NCBI GenBank assembly: GCA_964016885.1
Contig: OZ024740.1
Span: 110,918,001 to 110,982,000, forward strand
Length of the DNA stretch: 64,000 bases
Reading direction: 5' to 3'
Source: Eledone cirrhosa
Lineage: Eukaryota
Shown piece after piece: positions 39,901 through 53,450 of this stretch (within the stretch, counting starts at the first letter, position 1; every line of letters starts with the position of its first letter). Below the pieces are notes generated by a model that did not search any database, was not told the DNA's origin, and was given only the letters and a program-made list of their open reading frames with translations. Both the position numbers and the translations under genes were made by a program.

Positions 39901-42900
39901 TATGTCTGTGTGTTAATATGTGTGTTGCTATGTGTTACTGTGTATGTCTGTGTGTTAATATGTGTGTTGGTATGTGTTACTGTGTATGTCTGTGTGTTAA
40001 TATGTGTGTTGGTATGTGTTACTGTGTATGTCTGTGTGTTAATATGTGTGTTGGTATGTGTTACTGTGTATGTCTGTGTTAATATGTGTGTTGGTATGTG
40101 TTACTGTGTATGTCTGTGTGTTAATATGTGTGTTGGTATGTGTTACTGTGTATGTCTGTGTGTTAATATGTGTGTTGGTATGTGTTACTGTGCATGTCTG
40201 TGTGTTAATATATGTGTTGGTATGCATTACTGTGTATGTCTGTGTGCTAATATGTGTGTTGGTATGTGTTACTGTGTATGTATGTGTGTTAATATGTGTG
40301 TTGGTATGTGTTACTGTGTATGTCTGTGTGTTAATATATGTGTTGGTCTGTGTTACTGTGTATGTCTGTGTGTTAATATCTGTGTTGGTATGTGTTACTG
40401 TGTATGTCTGTGTGTTAATATGTGTGTTGGTATGTGTTACTGTGTATGTCTGTGTGTTAATATGTGTTTGGTATGTGTTACTGTGTATGTCTGTGTGTTA
40501 ATATGTGTGTTGGTATGTGTTATTGTGTATGTCTGTGTGTTAATATGTGTGTTGGTATGTGTTACTGTGTATGTCTGTGTGTTAATATGTGTGTTGGTAT
40601 GTGTTACCGTTTATGTCTGTGTGTTAATATATGTGTTGGTATGTGTTACTGTGTATGTCTGTGTGTTAATATGTGTGTTGGTATGTGTTACTGTGTATGT
40701 CCGTGCGTTAATATGTGTGTTGTTATGTGTTAGTGTGTATGTCTGTGTGTTAATATATGTGTTGGTATGTGTTACTGTGTATGTCTGTGTGTTAATGTGT
40801 GTGTTGGTATGTGTTACTGTGTATGTCTGTGTGTTAATATGTGTGTTGTTATGTGTTACTGTGTATGTCTGTGTGTTAATGTGTGTTGGTATGTGTTACT
40901 GTGTATGTCTATGTGTTAATGTGTGTGTTGGTATGTGTTACTGTGTATGTCTGTGTGTTAATGTGTGTTGGTATGTGTTACTGTGTATGTCTGTGTGTTA
41001 ATATGTGTTGGTATGTGTTACTGTGTATGTCTGTGTGTTAATGTGTGTGTTGGTATGTGTTACTGTGTATGTCTGTGTGTTAATATGTGTGTTGGTATGT
41101 GTTACTGTGTATGTCTGTGTGTTAATATGTGTGTTGGTATGTGTTACTGTGTATGTCTGTGTGTTAATATGTGTGTTGGTATGTGTTACTGTGTATGTCT
41201 GTGTGTTAATACGTGTGTTGGTATGTGTTACTTTGTATGACTGTGTGTTAATGTGTGTGTTGGTATGTGTTACTGTGTATGTCTGTGTGTTAATATGTGT
41301 GTTGGTATGTGTTACTGTGTCTGTCTGTGTGTTAATATGTATGTTGGTATGTGTTACTGTGTATGTCTGTGTGTTAATATGGGTGTTGGTATGTGTTACT
41401 GTGTGTGTCTGTGTGTTAATATGTGTGTTGGTATGTGTTACTGTGTATGTCTGTGTGTTAATATGTGTGTTGGTATGTGTTACTCTGTATGTCTGTGTGT
41501 TAATGTGTGTTGGTATGTGTTACTGTGTATGTCTGTGTGTTAATATGTGTGTTGGTATGTGTTACTGTGTATGTCTGTGTGTTAATATGTGTTGGTATGT
41601 GTTACTGTGTATGTCTGTGTGTTAATATGTATGTTGGTATGTGTTACTGTGTATGTCTGTGTGTTAATATGTGTTGGTATGTGTTACTGTGTATGTCTGT
41701 GTGTTAATAAGTGTGTTGGTATGTGTTACTGTGTATGTCTGAGTGTTAATGTGTGTTGGTATGTGTTACTGTGTATGTATGTGTGTTAATATGTGTGTTG
41801 GTATGTGTTACTGTGTATGTCTGTGTGTTAATATGTATGTTGGTATGTGTTACTGTGTATGTCTGTGTGTTAATATGTGTTGGTATGTGTTACTGTGTAT
41901 GTCTGTGTGTTAATAAGTGTGTTGGTATGTGTTACTGTGTATGTCTGAGTGTTAATGTGTGTTGGTATGTGTTACTGTGTATGTATGTGTGTTAATATGT
42001 GTGTTGGTATGTGTTACTGTGTATGTCTGTGTGTTAATATGTGTGTTGGTATGTGTTACTGTGTATGTCTGTGTGTTAATGTGTGTGTTGGTATGTGTTA
42101 CTGTGTATGTCTGTGTGTTAATATGTGTGTTGGTATGTGTTACTGTGTATGTCTGTGTGTTAATATGTCTGTTGGTATGTGTTACTGTGTATGTCTGTGT
42201 GTTAATATGTCTGTTGGTATGTGTTACTGTGTATGTCTGTGTGTTAATGTGTGTTGGTATGTGTTACTGTGTATGTCTGTGTGTTAATATGTATGTTGGT
42301 ATGTGTTACTGTGTATGTCTGTGTGTTAATATGTGTTGGTATGTGTTACTGTGTATGTCTGTGTGTTAATAAGTGTGTTGGTATGTGTTACTGTGTATGT
42401 CTGTGTGTTAATGTGTGTTGGTATGTGTTACTGTGTATGTCTGTGTGTTAATGTGTGTTGGTATGTGTTACTGTGTATGTCTGTGTGTTAATATGTGTTG
42501 GTATGTGTTACTGTGTATGTCTGTGTGTTAATGTGTGTTGGTATGTGTTACTGTGTATGTCTGTGTGTTAATATGTATGTTGGTATGTGTTACTGTGTAT
42601 GTCTGTGTGTTAAAGTGTGTTGGTATGTGTTACTGTGTATGTCTGTGTGTTAATATATGTGTTGGTATGTGTTACTGTGTATGTCTGTGTGTTAATATGT
42701 GTGTTGGTATGTGTTACTGTGTATGTCTGTGTGTTAATATGTGTGATGGTATGTGTTACTGTGTATGTCTGTGTGTTAATATGTGTGTTGGTATGTGTTA
42801 CTGTGCATGTCTGTGTGTTAATATATGTTTTGGTATGTGTTACTGTGTATGTCTGTGTGTTAATATGTGTGATGCTATGTGTTACTGTGTATGTCTGTGT

Positions 42901-45900
42901 GTTAATATGTCTGTTGGTATGTGTTACTGTGTATGTCTGTGTGTTAATATGTCTGTTGGTATGTGTTACTGTGTATGTCTGTGTGTTAATGTGTGTTGGT
43001 ATGTGTTACTGTGTATGTCTGTGTGTTAATATGTATGTTGGTATGTGTTACTGTGTATGTCTGTGTGTTAATATGTGTTGGTATGTGTTACTGTGTATGT
43101 CTGTGTGTTAATAAGTGTGTTGGTATGTGTTACTGTGTATGTCTGTGTGTTAATATGTGTGTTGGTATGTGTTACTGTGTATGTCTGTGTGTTAATGTGT
43201 GTGTTGGTATGTGTTACTGTGTATGTCTGTGTGTTAATATGTGTGTTGGTATGTGTTACTGTGTATGTCTGTGTGTTAATATGTGTGTTGGTATGTGTTA
43301 CTGTGTATGTCTGTGTGTTAATATATGTTTTGGTATGTGTTACTGTGTATGTCTGTGTGTTAATATGTGTGTTGCTATGTGTTACTGTGTATGTCTGTGT
43401 GTTAATATGTGTGTTGGTATGTGTTACTGTGTATGTCTGTGTGTTAATATGTGTGTTGGTATGTGTTACTGTGTATGTCTGTGTGTTAATATGTGTGTTG
43501 GTATGTGTTACTGTGTATGTCTGTGTTAATATGTGTGTTGGTATGTGTTACTGTGTATGTCTGTGTGTTAATATGTGTGTTGGTATGTGTTACTGTGTAT
43601 GTCTGTGTGTTAATATGTGTGTTGGTATGTGTTACTGTGCATGTCTGTGTGTTAATATATGTGTTGGTATGCATTACTGTGTATGTCTGTGTGCTAATAT
43701 GTGTGTTGGTATGTGTTACTGTGTATGTATGTGTGTTAATATGTGTGTTGGTATGTGTTACTGTGTATGTCTGTGTGTTAATATATGTGTTGGTCTGTGT
43801 TACTGTGTATGTCTGTGTGTTAATATCTGTGTTGGTATGTGTTACTGTGTATGTCTGTGTGTTAATATGTGTGTTGGTATGTGTTACTGTGTATGTCTGT
43901 GTGTTAATATGTGTTTGGTATGTGTTACTGTGTATGTCTGTGTGTTAATATGTGTGTTGGTATGTGTTATTGTGTATGTCTGTGTGTTAATATGTGTGTT
44001 GGTATGTGTTACTGTGTATGTCTGTGTGTTAATATGTGTGTTGGTATGTGTTACCGTTTATGTCTGTGTGTTAATATATGTGTTGGTATGTGTTACTGTG
44101 TATGTCTGTGTGTTAATATGTGTGTTGGTATGTGTTACTGTGTATGTCCGTGCGTTAATATGTGTGTTGTTATGTGTTAGTGTGTATGTCTGTGTGTTAA
44201 TATATGTGTTGGTATGTGTTACTGTGTATGTCTGTGTGTTAATGTGTGTGTTGGTATGTGTTACTGTGTATGTCTGTGTGTTAATATGTGTGTTGTTATG
44301 TGTTACTGTGTATGTCTGTGTGTTAATGTGTGTTGGTATGTGTTACTGTGTATGTCTATGTGTTAATGTGTGTGTTGGTATGTGTTACTGTGTATGTCTG
44401 TGTGTTAATGTGTGTTGGTATGTGTTACTGTGTATGTCTGTGTGTTAATATGTGTTGGTATGTGTTACTGTGTATGTCTGTGTGTTAATGTGTGTGTTGG
44501 TATGTGTTACTGTGTATGTCTGTGTGTTAATATGTGTGTTGGTATGTGTTACTGTGTATGTCTGTGTGTTAATATGTGTGTTGGTATGTGTTACTGTGTA
44601 TGTCTGTGTGTTAATATGTGTGTTGGTATGTGTTACTGTGTATGTCTGTGTGTTAATACGTGTGTTGGTATGTGTTACTTTGTATGACTGTGTGTTAATG
44701 TGTGTGTTGGTATGTGTTACTGTGTATGTCTGTGTGTTAATATGTGTGTTGGTATGTGTTACTGTGTCTGTCTGTGTGTTAATATGTATGTTGGTATGTG
44801 TTACTGTGTATGTCTGTGTGTTAATATGGGTGTTGGTATGTGTTACTGTGTGTGTCTGTGTGTTAATATGTGTGTTGGTATGTGTTACTGTGTATGTCTG
44901 TGTGTTAATATGTGTGTTGGTATGTGTTACTCTGTATGTCTGTGTGTTAATGTGTGTTGGTATGTGTTACTGTGTATGTCTGTGTGTTAATATGTGTGTT
45001 GGTATGTGTTACTGTGTATGTCTGTGTGTTAATATGTGTTGGTATGTGTTACTGTGTATGTCTGTGTGTTAATATGTATGTTGGTATGTGTTACTGTGTA
45101 TGTCTGTGTGTTAATATGTGTTGGTATGTGTTACTGTGTATGTCTGTGTGTTAATAAGTGTGTTGGTATGTGTTACTGTGTATGTCTGAGTGTTAATGTG
45201 TGTTGGTATGTGTTACTGTGTATGTATGTGTGTTAATATGTGTGTTGGTATGTGTTACTGTGTATGTCTGTGTGTTAATATGTGTGTTGGTATGTGTTAC
45301 TGTGTATGTCTGTGTGTTAATGTGTGTGTTGGTATGTGTTACTGTGTATGTCTGTGTGTTAATATGTGTGTTGGTATGTGTTACTGTGTATGTCTGTGTG
45401 TTAATATGTCTGTTGGTATGTGTTACTGTGTATGTCTGTGTGTTAATATATGTGTTGGTATGCATTACTGTGTATGTCTGTGTGCTAATATGTGTGTTGG
45501 TATGTGTTACTGTGTATGTATGTGTGTTAATATGTGTGTTGGTATGTGTTACTGTGTATGTCTGTGTGTTAATATATGTGTTGGTCTGTGTTACTGTGTA
45601 TGTCTGTGTGTTAATATCTGTGTTGGTATGTGTTACTGTGTATGTCTGTGTGTTAATATGTGTGTTGGTATGTGTTACTGTGTATGTCTGTGTGTTAATA
45701 TGTGTTTGGTATGTGTTACTGTGTATGTCTGTGTGTTAATATGTGTGTTGGTATGTGTTATTGTGTATGTCTGTGTGTTAATATGTGTGTTGGTATGTGT
45801 TACTGTGTATGTCTGTGTGTTAATATGTGTGTTGGTATGTGTTACCGTTTATGTCTGTGTGTTAATATATGTGTTGGTATGTGTTACTGTGTATGTCTGT

Positions 45901-48900
45901 GTGTTAATATGTGTGTTGGTATGTGTTACTGTGTATGTCCGTGCGTTAATATGTGTGTTGTTATGTGTTAGTGTGTATGTCTGTGTGTTAATATATGTGT
46001 TGGTATGTGTTACTGTGTATGTCTGTGTGTTAATGTGTGTGTTGGTATGTGTTACTGTGTATGTCTGTGTGTTAATATGTGTGTTGTTATGTGTTACTGT
46101 GTATGTCTGTGTGTTAATGTGTGTTGGTATGTGTTACTGTGTATGTCTATGTGTTAATGTGTGTGTTGGTATGTGTTACTGTGTATGTCTGTGTGTTAAT
46201 GTGTGTTGGTATGTGTTACTGTGTATGTCTGTGTGTTAATATGTGTTGGTATGTGTTACTGTGTATGTCTGTGTGTTAATGTGTGTGTTGGTATGTGTTA
46301 CTGTGTATGTCTGTGTGTTAATATGTGTGTTGGTATGTGTTACTGTGTATGTCTGTGTGTTAATATGTGTGTTGGTATGTGTTACTGTGTATGTCTGTGT
46401 GTTAATATGTGTGTTGGTATGTGTTACTGTGTATGTCTGTGTGTTAATACGTGTGTTGGTATGTGTTACTTTGTATGACTGTGTGTTAATGTGTGTGTTG
46501 GTATGTGTTACTGTGTATGTCTGTGTGTTAATATGTGTGTTGGTATGTGTTACTGTGTCTGTCTGTGTGTTAATATGTATGTTGGTATGTGTTACTGTGT
46601 ATGTCTGTGTGTTAATATGGGTGTTGGTATGTGTTACTGTGTGTGTCTGTGTGTTAATATGTGTGTTGGTATGTGTTACTGTGTATGTCTGTGTGTTAAT
46701 ATGTGTGTTGGTATGTGTTACTCTGTATGTCTGTGTGTTAATGTGTGTTGGTATGTGTTACTGTGTATGTCTGTGTGTTAATATGTGTGTTGGTATGTGT
46801 TACTGTGTATGTCTGTGTGTTAATATGTGTTGGTATGTGTTACTGTGTATGTCTGTGTGTTAATATGTATGTTGGTATGTGTTACTGTGTATGTCTGTGT
46901 GTTAATATGTGTTGGTATGTGTTACTGTGTATGTCTGTGTGTTAATAAGTGTGTTGGTATGTGTTACTGTGTATGTCTGAGTGTTAATGTGTGTTGGTAT
47001 GTGTTACTGTGTATGTATGTGTGTTAATATGTGTGTTGGTATGTGTTACTGTGTATGTCTGTGTGTTAATATGTATGTTGGTATGTGTTACTGTGTATGT
47101 CTGTGTGTTAATATGTGTTGGTATGTGTTACTGTGTATGTCTGTGTGTTAATAAGTGTGTTGGTATGTGTTACTGTGTATGTCTGAGTGTTAATGTGTGT
47201 TGGTATGTGTTACTGTGTATGTATGTGTGTTAATATGTGTGTTGGTATGTGTTACTGTGTATGTCTGTGTGTTAATATGTGTGTTGGTATGTGTTACTGT
47301 GTATGTCTGTGTGTTAATGTGTGTGTTGGTATGTGTTACTGTGTATGTCTGTGTGTTAATATGTGTGTTGGTATGTGTTACTGTGTATGTCTGTGTGTTA
47401 ATATGTCTGTTGGTATGTGTTACTGTGTATGTCTGTGTGTTAATATGTCTGTTGGTATGTGTTACTGTGTATGTCTGTGTGTTAATGTGTGTTGGTATGT
47501 GTTACTGTGTATGTCTGTGTGTTAATATGTATGTTGGTATGTGTTACTGTGTATGTCTGTGTGTTAATATGTGTTGGTATGTGTTACTGTGTATGTCTGT
47601 GTGTTAATAAGTGTGTTGGTATGTGTTACTGTGTATGTCTGTGTGTTAATGTGTGTTGGTATGTGTTACTGTGTATGTCTGTGTGTTAATGTGTGTTGGT
47701 ATGTGTTACTGTGTATGTCTGTGTGTTAATATGTGTTGGTATGTGTTACTGTGTATGTCTGTGTGTTAATGTGTGTTGGTATGTGTTACTGTGTATGTCT
47801 GTGTGTTAATATGTATGTTGGTATGTGTTACTGTGTATGTCTGTGTGTTAAAGTGTGTTGGTATGTGTTACTGTGTATGTCTGTGTGTTAATATATGTGT
47901 TGGTATGTGTTACTGTGTATGTCTGTGTGTTAATATGTGTGTTGGTATGTGTTACTGTGTATGTCTGTGTGTTAATATGTGTGATGGTATGTGTTACTGT
48001 GTATGTCTGTGTGTTAATATGTGTGTTGGTATGTGTTACTGTGCATGTCTGTGTGTTAATATATGTTTTGGTATGTGTTACTGTGTATGTCTGTGTGTTA
48101 ATATGTGTGATGCTATGTGTTACTGTGTATGTCTGTGTGTTAATATGTCTGTTGGTATGTGTTACTGTGTATGTCTGTGTGTTAATATGTCTGTTGGTAT
48201 GTGTTACTGTGTATGTCTGTGTGTTAATGTGTGTTGGTATGTGTTACTGTGTATGTCTGTGTGTTAATATGTATGTTGGTATGTGTTACTGTGTATGTCT
48301 GTGTGTTAATATGTGTTGGTATGTGTTACTGTGTATGTCTGTGTGTTAATAAGTGTGTTGGTATGTGTTACTGTGTATGTCTGTGTGTTAATATGTGTGT
48401 TGGTATGTGTTACTGTGTATGTCTGTGTGTTAATGTGTGTGTTGGTATGTGTTACTGTGTATGTCTGTGTGTTAATATGTGTGTTGGTATGTGTTACTGT
48501 GTATGTCTGTGTGTTAATATGTGTGTTGGTATGTGTTACTGTGTATGTCTGTGTGTTAATATATGTTTTGGTATGTGTTACTGTGTATGTCTGTGTGTTA
48601 ATATGTGTGTTGCTATGTGTTACTGTGTATGTCTGTGTGTTAATATGTGTGTTGGTATGTGTTACTGTGTATGTCTGTGTGTTAATATGTGTGTTGGTAT
48701 GTGTTACTGTGTATGTCTGTGTGTTAATATGTGTGTTGGTATGTGTTACTGTGTATGTCTGTGTTAATATGTGTGTTGGTATGTGTTACTGTGTATGTCT
48801 GTGTGTTAATATGTGTGTTGGTATGTGTTACTGTGTATGTCTGTGTGTTAATATGTGTGTTGGTATGTGTTACTGTGCATGTCTGTGTGTTAATATATGT

Positions 48901-51900
48901 GTTGGTATGCATTACTGTGTATGTCTGTGTGCTAATATGTGTGTTGGTATGTGTTACTGTGTATGTATGTGTGTTAATATGTGTGTTGGTATGTGTTACT
49001 GTGTATGTCTGTGTGTTAATATATGTGTTGGTCTGTGTTACTGTGTATGTCTGTGTGTTAATATCTGTGTTGGTATGTGTTACTGTGTATGTCTGTGTGT
49101 TAATATGTGTGTTGGTATGTGTTACTGTGTATGTCTGTGTGTTAATATGTGTTTGGTATGTGTTACTGTGTATGTCTGTGTGTTAATATGTGTGTTGGTA
49201 TGTGTTATTGTGTATGTCTGTGTGTTAATATGTGTGTTGGTATGTGTTACTGTGTATGTCTGTGTGTTAATATGTGTGTTGGTATGTGTTACCGTTTATG
49301 TCTGTGTGTTAATATATGTGTTGGTATGTGTTACTGTGTATGTCTGTGTGTTAATATGTGTGTTGGTATGTGTTACTGTGTATGTCCGTGCGTTAATATG
49401 TGTGTTGTTATGTGTTAGTGTGTATGTCTGTGTGTTAATATATGTGTTGGTATGTGTTACTGTGTATGTCTGTGTGTTAATGTGTGTGTTGGTATGTGTT
49501 ACTGTGTATGTCTGTGTGTTAATATGTGTGTTGTTATGTGTTACTGTGTATGTCTGTGTGTTAATGTGTGTTGGTATGTGTTACTGTGTATGTCTATGTG
49601 TTAATGTGTGTGTTGGTATGTGTTACTGTGTATGTCTGTGTGTTAATGTGTGTTGGTATGTGTTACTGTGTATGTCTGTGTGTTAATATGTGTTGGTATG
49701 TGTTACTGTGTATGTCTGTGTGTTAATGTGTGTGTTGGTATGTGTTACTGTGTATGTCTGTGTGTTAATATGTGTGTTGGTATGTGTTACTGTGTATGTC
49801 TGTGTGTTAATATGTGTGTTGGTATGTGTTACTGTGTATGTCTGTGTGTTAATATGTGTGTTGGTATGTGTTACTGTGTATGTCTGTGTGTTAATACGTG
49901 TGTTGGTATGTGTTACTTTGTATGACTGTGTGTTAATGTGTGTGTTGGTATGTGTTACTGTGTATGTCTGTGTGTTAATATGTGTGTTGGTATGTGTTAC
50001 TGTGTCTGTCTGTGTGTTAATATGTATGTTGGTATGTGTTACTGTGTATGTCTGTGTGTTAATATGGGTGTTGGTATGTGTTACTGTGTGTGTCTGTGTG
50101 TTAATATGTGTGTTGGTATGTGTTACTGTGTATGTCTGTGTGTTAATATGTGTGTTGGTATGTGTTACTCTGTATGTCTGTGTGTTAATGTGTGTTGGTA
50201 TGTGTTACTGTGTATGTCTGTGTGTTAATATGTGTGTTGGTATGTGTTACTGTGTATGTCTGTGTGTTAATATGTGTTGGTATGTGTTACTGTGTATGTC
50301 TGTGTGTTAATATGTATGTTGGTATGTGTTACTGTGTATGTCTGTGTGTTAATATGTGTTGGTATGTGTTACTGTGTATGTCTGTGTGTTAATAAGTGTG
50401 TTGGTATGTGTTACTGTGTATGTCTGAGTGTTAATGTGTGTTGGTATGTGTTACTGTGTATGTATGTGTGTTAATATGTGTGTTGGTATGTGTTACTGTG
50501 TATGTCTGTGTGTTAATATGTGTGTTGGTATGTGTTACTGTGTATGTCTGTGTGTTAATGTGTGTGTTGGTATGTGTTACTGTGTATGTCTGTGTGTTAA
50601 TATGTGTGTTGGTATGTGTTACTGTGTATGTCTGTGTGTTAATATGTCTGTTGGTATGTGTTACTGTGTATGTCTGTGTGTTAATATGTCTGTTGGTATG
50701 TGTTACTGTGTATGTCTGTGTGTTAATGTGTGTTGGTATGTGTTACTGTGTATGTCTGTGTGTTAATATGTATGTTGGTATGTGTTACTGTGTATGTCTG
50801 TGTGTTAATATGTGTTGGTATGTGTTACTGTGTATGTCTGTGTGTTAATAAGTGTGTTGGTATGTGTTACTGTGTATGTCTGTGTGTTAATGTGTGTTGG
50901 TATGTGTTACTGTGTATGTCTGTGTGTTAATGTGTGTTGGTATGTGTTACTGTGTATGTCTGTGTGTTAATATGTGTTGGTATGTGTTACTGTGTATGTC
51001 TGTGTGTTAATGTGTGTTGGTATGTGTTACTGTGTATGTCTGTGTGTTAATATGTATGTTGGTATGTGTTACTGTGTATGTCTGTGTGTTAAAGTGTGTT
51101 GGTATGTGTTACTGTGTATGTCTGTGTGTTAATATATGTGTTGGTATGTGTTACTGTGTATGTCTGTGTGTTAATATGTGTGTTGGTATGTGTTACTGTG
51201 TATGTCTGTGTGTTAATATGTGTGATGGTATGTGTTACTGTGTATGTCTGTGTGTTAATATGTGTGTTGGTATGTGTTACTGTGCATGTCTGTGTGTTAA
51301 TATATGTTTTGGTATGTGTTACTGTGTATGTCTGTGTGTTAATATGTGTGATGCTATGTGTTACTGTGTATGTCTGTGTGTTAATATGTCTGTTGGTATG
51401 TGTTACTGTGTATGTCTGTGTGTTAATATGTCTGTTGGTATGTGTTACTGTGTATGTCTGTGTGTTAATGTGTGTTGGTATGTGTTACTGTGTATGTCTG
51501 TGTGTTAATATGTATGTTGGTATGTGTTACTGTGTATGTCTGTGTGTTAATATGTGTTGGTATGTGTTACTGTGTATGTCTGTGTGTTAATAAGTGTGTT
51601 GGTATGTGTTACTGTGTATGTCTGAGTGTTAATGTGTGTTGGTATGTGTTACTGTGTATGTATGTGTGTTAATATGTGTGTTGGTATGTGTTACTCTGTA
51701 TGTCTGTGTGTTAATATGTGTTGGTATGTGTTACTGTGTATGTCTGTGTGTTAATGTGTGTTGGTATGTGTTACTGTGTATGTCTGTGTGTTAATGTGTG
51801 TGTTGGTATGTGTTACTGTGTATGTCTGTGTGTTAATGTGTGTTGGTATGTGTTACTGTGTATGTCTGTGTGTTAATATGTGTTGGTATGTGTTACTGTG

Positions 51901-53450
51901 TATGTCTGTGTGTTAATGTGTGTGTTGGTATGTGTTACTGTGTATGTCTGTGTGTTAATATGTGTGTTGGTATGTGTTACTGTGTATGTCTGTGTGTTAA
52001 TGTGTGTGTTGGTATGTGTTACTGTGTATGTCTGTGTGTTAATATGTGTGTTGATATGTGTTACTGTGTATGTCTGAGTGTTAATGTGTGTTGGTATGTG
52101 TTACTGTGTATGTATGTGTGTTAATATGTGTGTTGGTATGTGTTACTGTGTATGTCTGTGTGTTAATATGTGTGTTGGTATGTGTTACTGTGTATGTCTG
52201 TGTGTTAATGTGTGTGTTGGTATGTGTTACTGTGTATGTCTGTGTGTTAATATGTGTGTTGGTATGTGTTACTGTGTATGTCTGTGTGTTAATATGTGTG
52301 TTGGTATGTGTTACTGTGTATGTCTGTGTGTTAATATATGTTTTGGTATGTGTTACTGTGTATGTCTGTGTGTTAATATGTGTGTTGCTATGTGTTACTG
52401 TGTATGTCTGTGTGTTAATATGTGTGTTGGTATGTGTTACTGTGTATGTCTGTGTGTTAATATGTGTGTTGGTATGTGTTACTGTGTATGTCTGTGTGTT
52501 AATATGTGTGTTGGTATGTGTTACTGTGTATGTCTGTGTTAATATGTGTGTTGGTATGTGTTACTGTGTATGTCTGTGTGTTAATATGTGTGTTGGTATG
52601 TGTTACTGTGTATGTCTGTGTGTTAATATGTGTGTTGGTATGTGTTACTGTGCATGTCTGTGTGTTAATATATGTGTTGGTATGCATTACTGTGTATGTC
52701 TGTGTGCTAATATGTGTGTTGGTATGTGTTACTGTGTATGTATGTGTGTTAATATGTGTGTTGGTATGTGTTACTGTGTATGTCTGTGTGTTAATATATG
52801 TGTTGGTCTGTGTTACTGTGTATGTCTGTGTGTTAATATCTGTGTTGGTATGTGTTACTGTGTATGTCTGTGTGTTAATATGTGTGTTGGTATGTGTTAC
52901 TGTGTATGTCTGTGTGTTAATATGTGTTTGGTATGTGTTACTGTGTATGTCTGTGTGTTAATATGTGTGTTGGTATGTGTTATTGTGTATGTCTGTGTGT
53001 TAATATGTGTGTTGGTATGTGTTACTGTGTATGTCTGTGTGTTAATATGTGTGTTGGTATGTGTTACCGTTTATGTCTGTGTGTTAATATATGTGTTGGT
53101 ATGTGTTACTGTGTATGTCTGTGTGTTAATATGTGTGTTGGTATGTGTTACTGTGTATGTCCGTGCGTTAATATGTGTGTTGTTATGTGTTAGTGTGTAT
53201 GTCTGTGTGTTAATATATGTGTTGGTATGTGTTACTGTGTATGTCTGTGTGTTAATGTGTGTGTTGGTATGTGTTACTGTGTATGTCTGTGTGTTAATAT
53301 GTGTGTTGTTATGTGTTACTGTGTATGTCTGTGTGTTAATGTGTGTTGGTATGTGTTACTGTGTATGTCTATGTGTTAATGTGTGTGTTGGTATGTGTTA
53401 CTGTGTATGTCTGTGTGTTAATGTGTGTTGGTATGTGTTACTGTGTATGT
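33900..53450. repeat. Homogeneous higher-order repeat domain, units of ~3.2-3.8 kb plus one 1.8-kb truncated unit
   Basis: The diagnostic 41-bp monomer (ATGTGTTTGG) lies at 37221, 40462, 43909, 45700, 49147 and 52922, giving spacings of 3241, 3447, 1791, 3447 and 3775. Near-identical 457-aa pseudo-ORFs start at 36387, 39628, 43075, 48313 and 52088. Confidence 0.85.
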
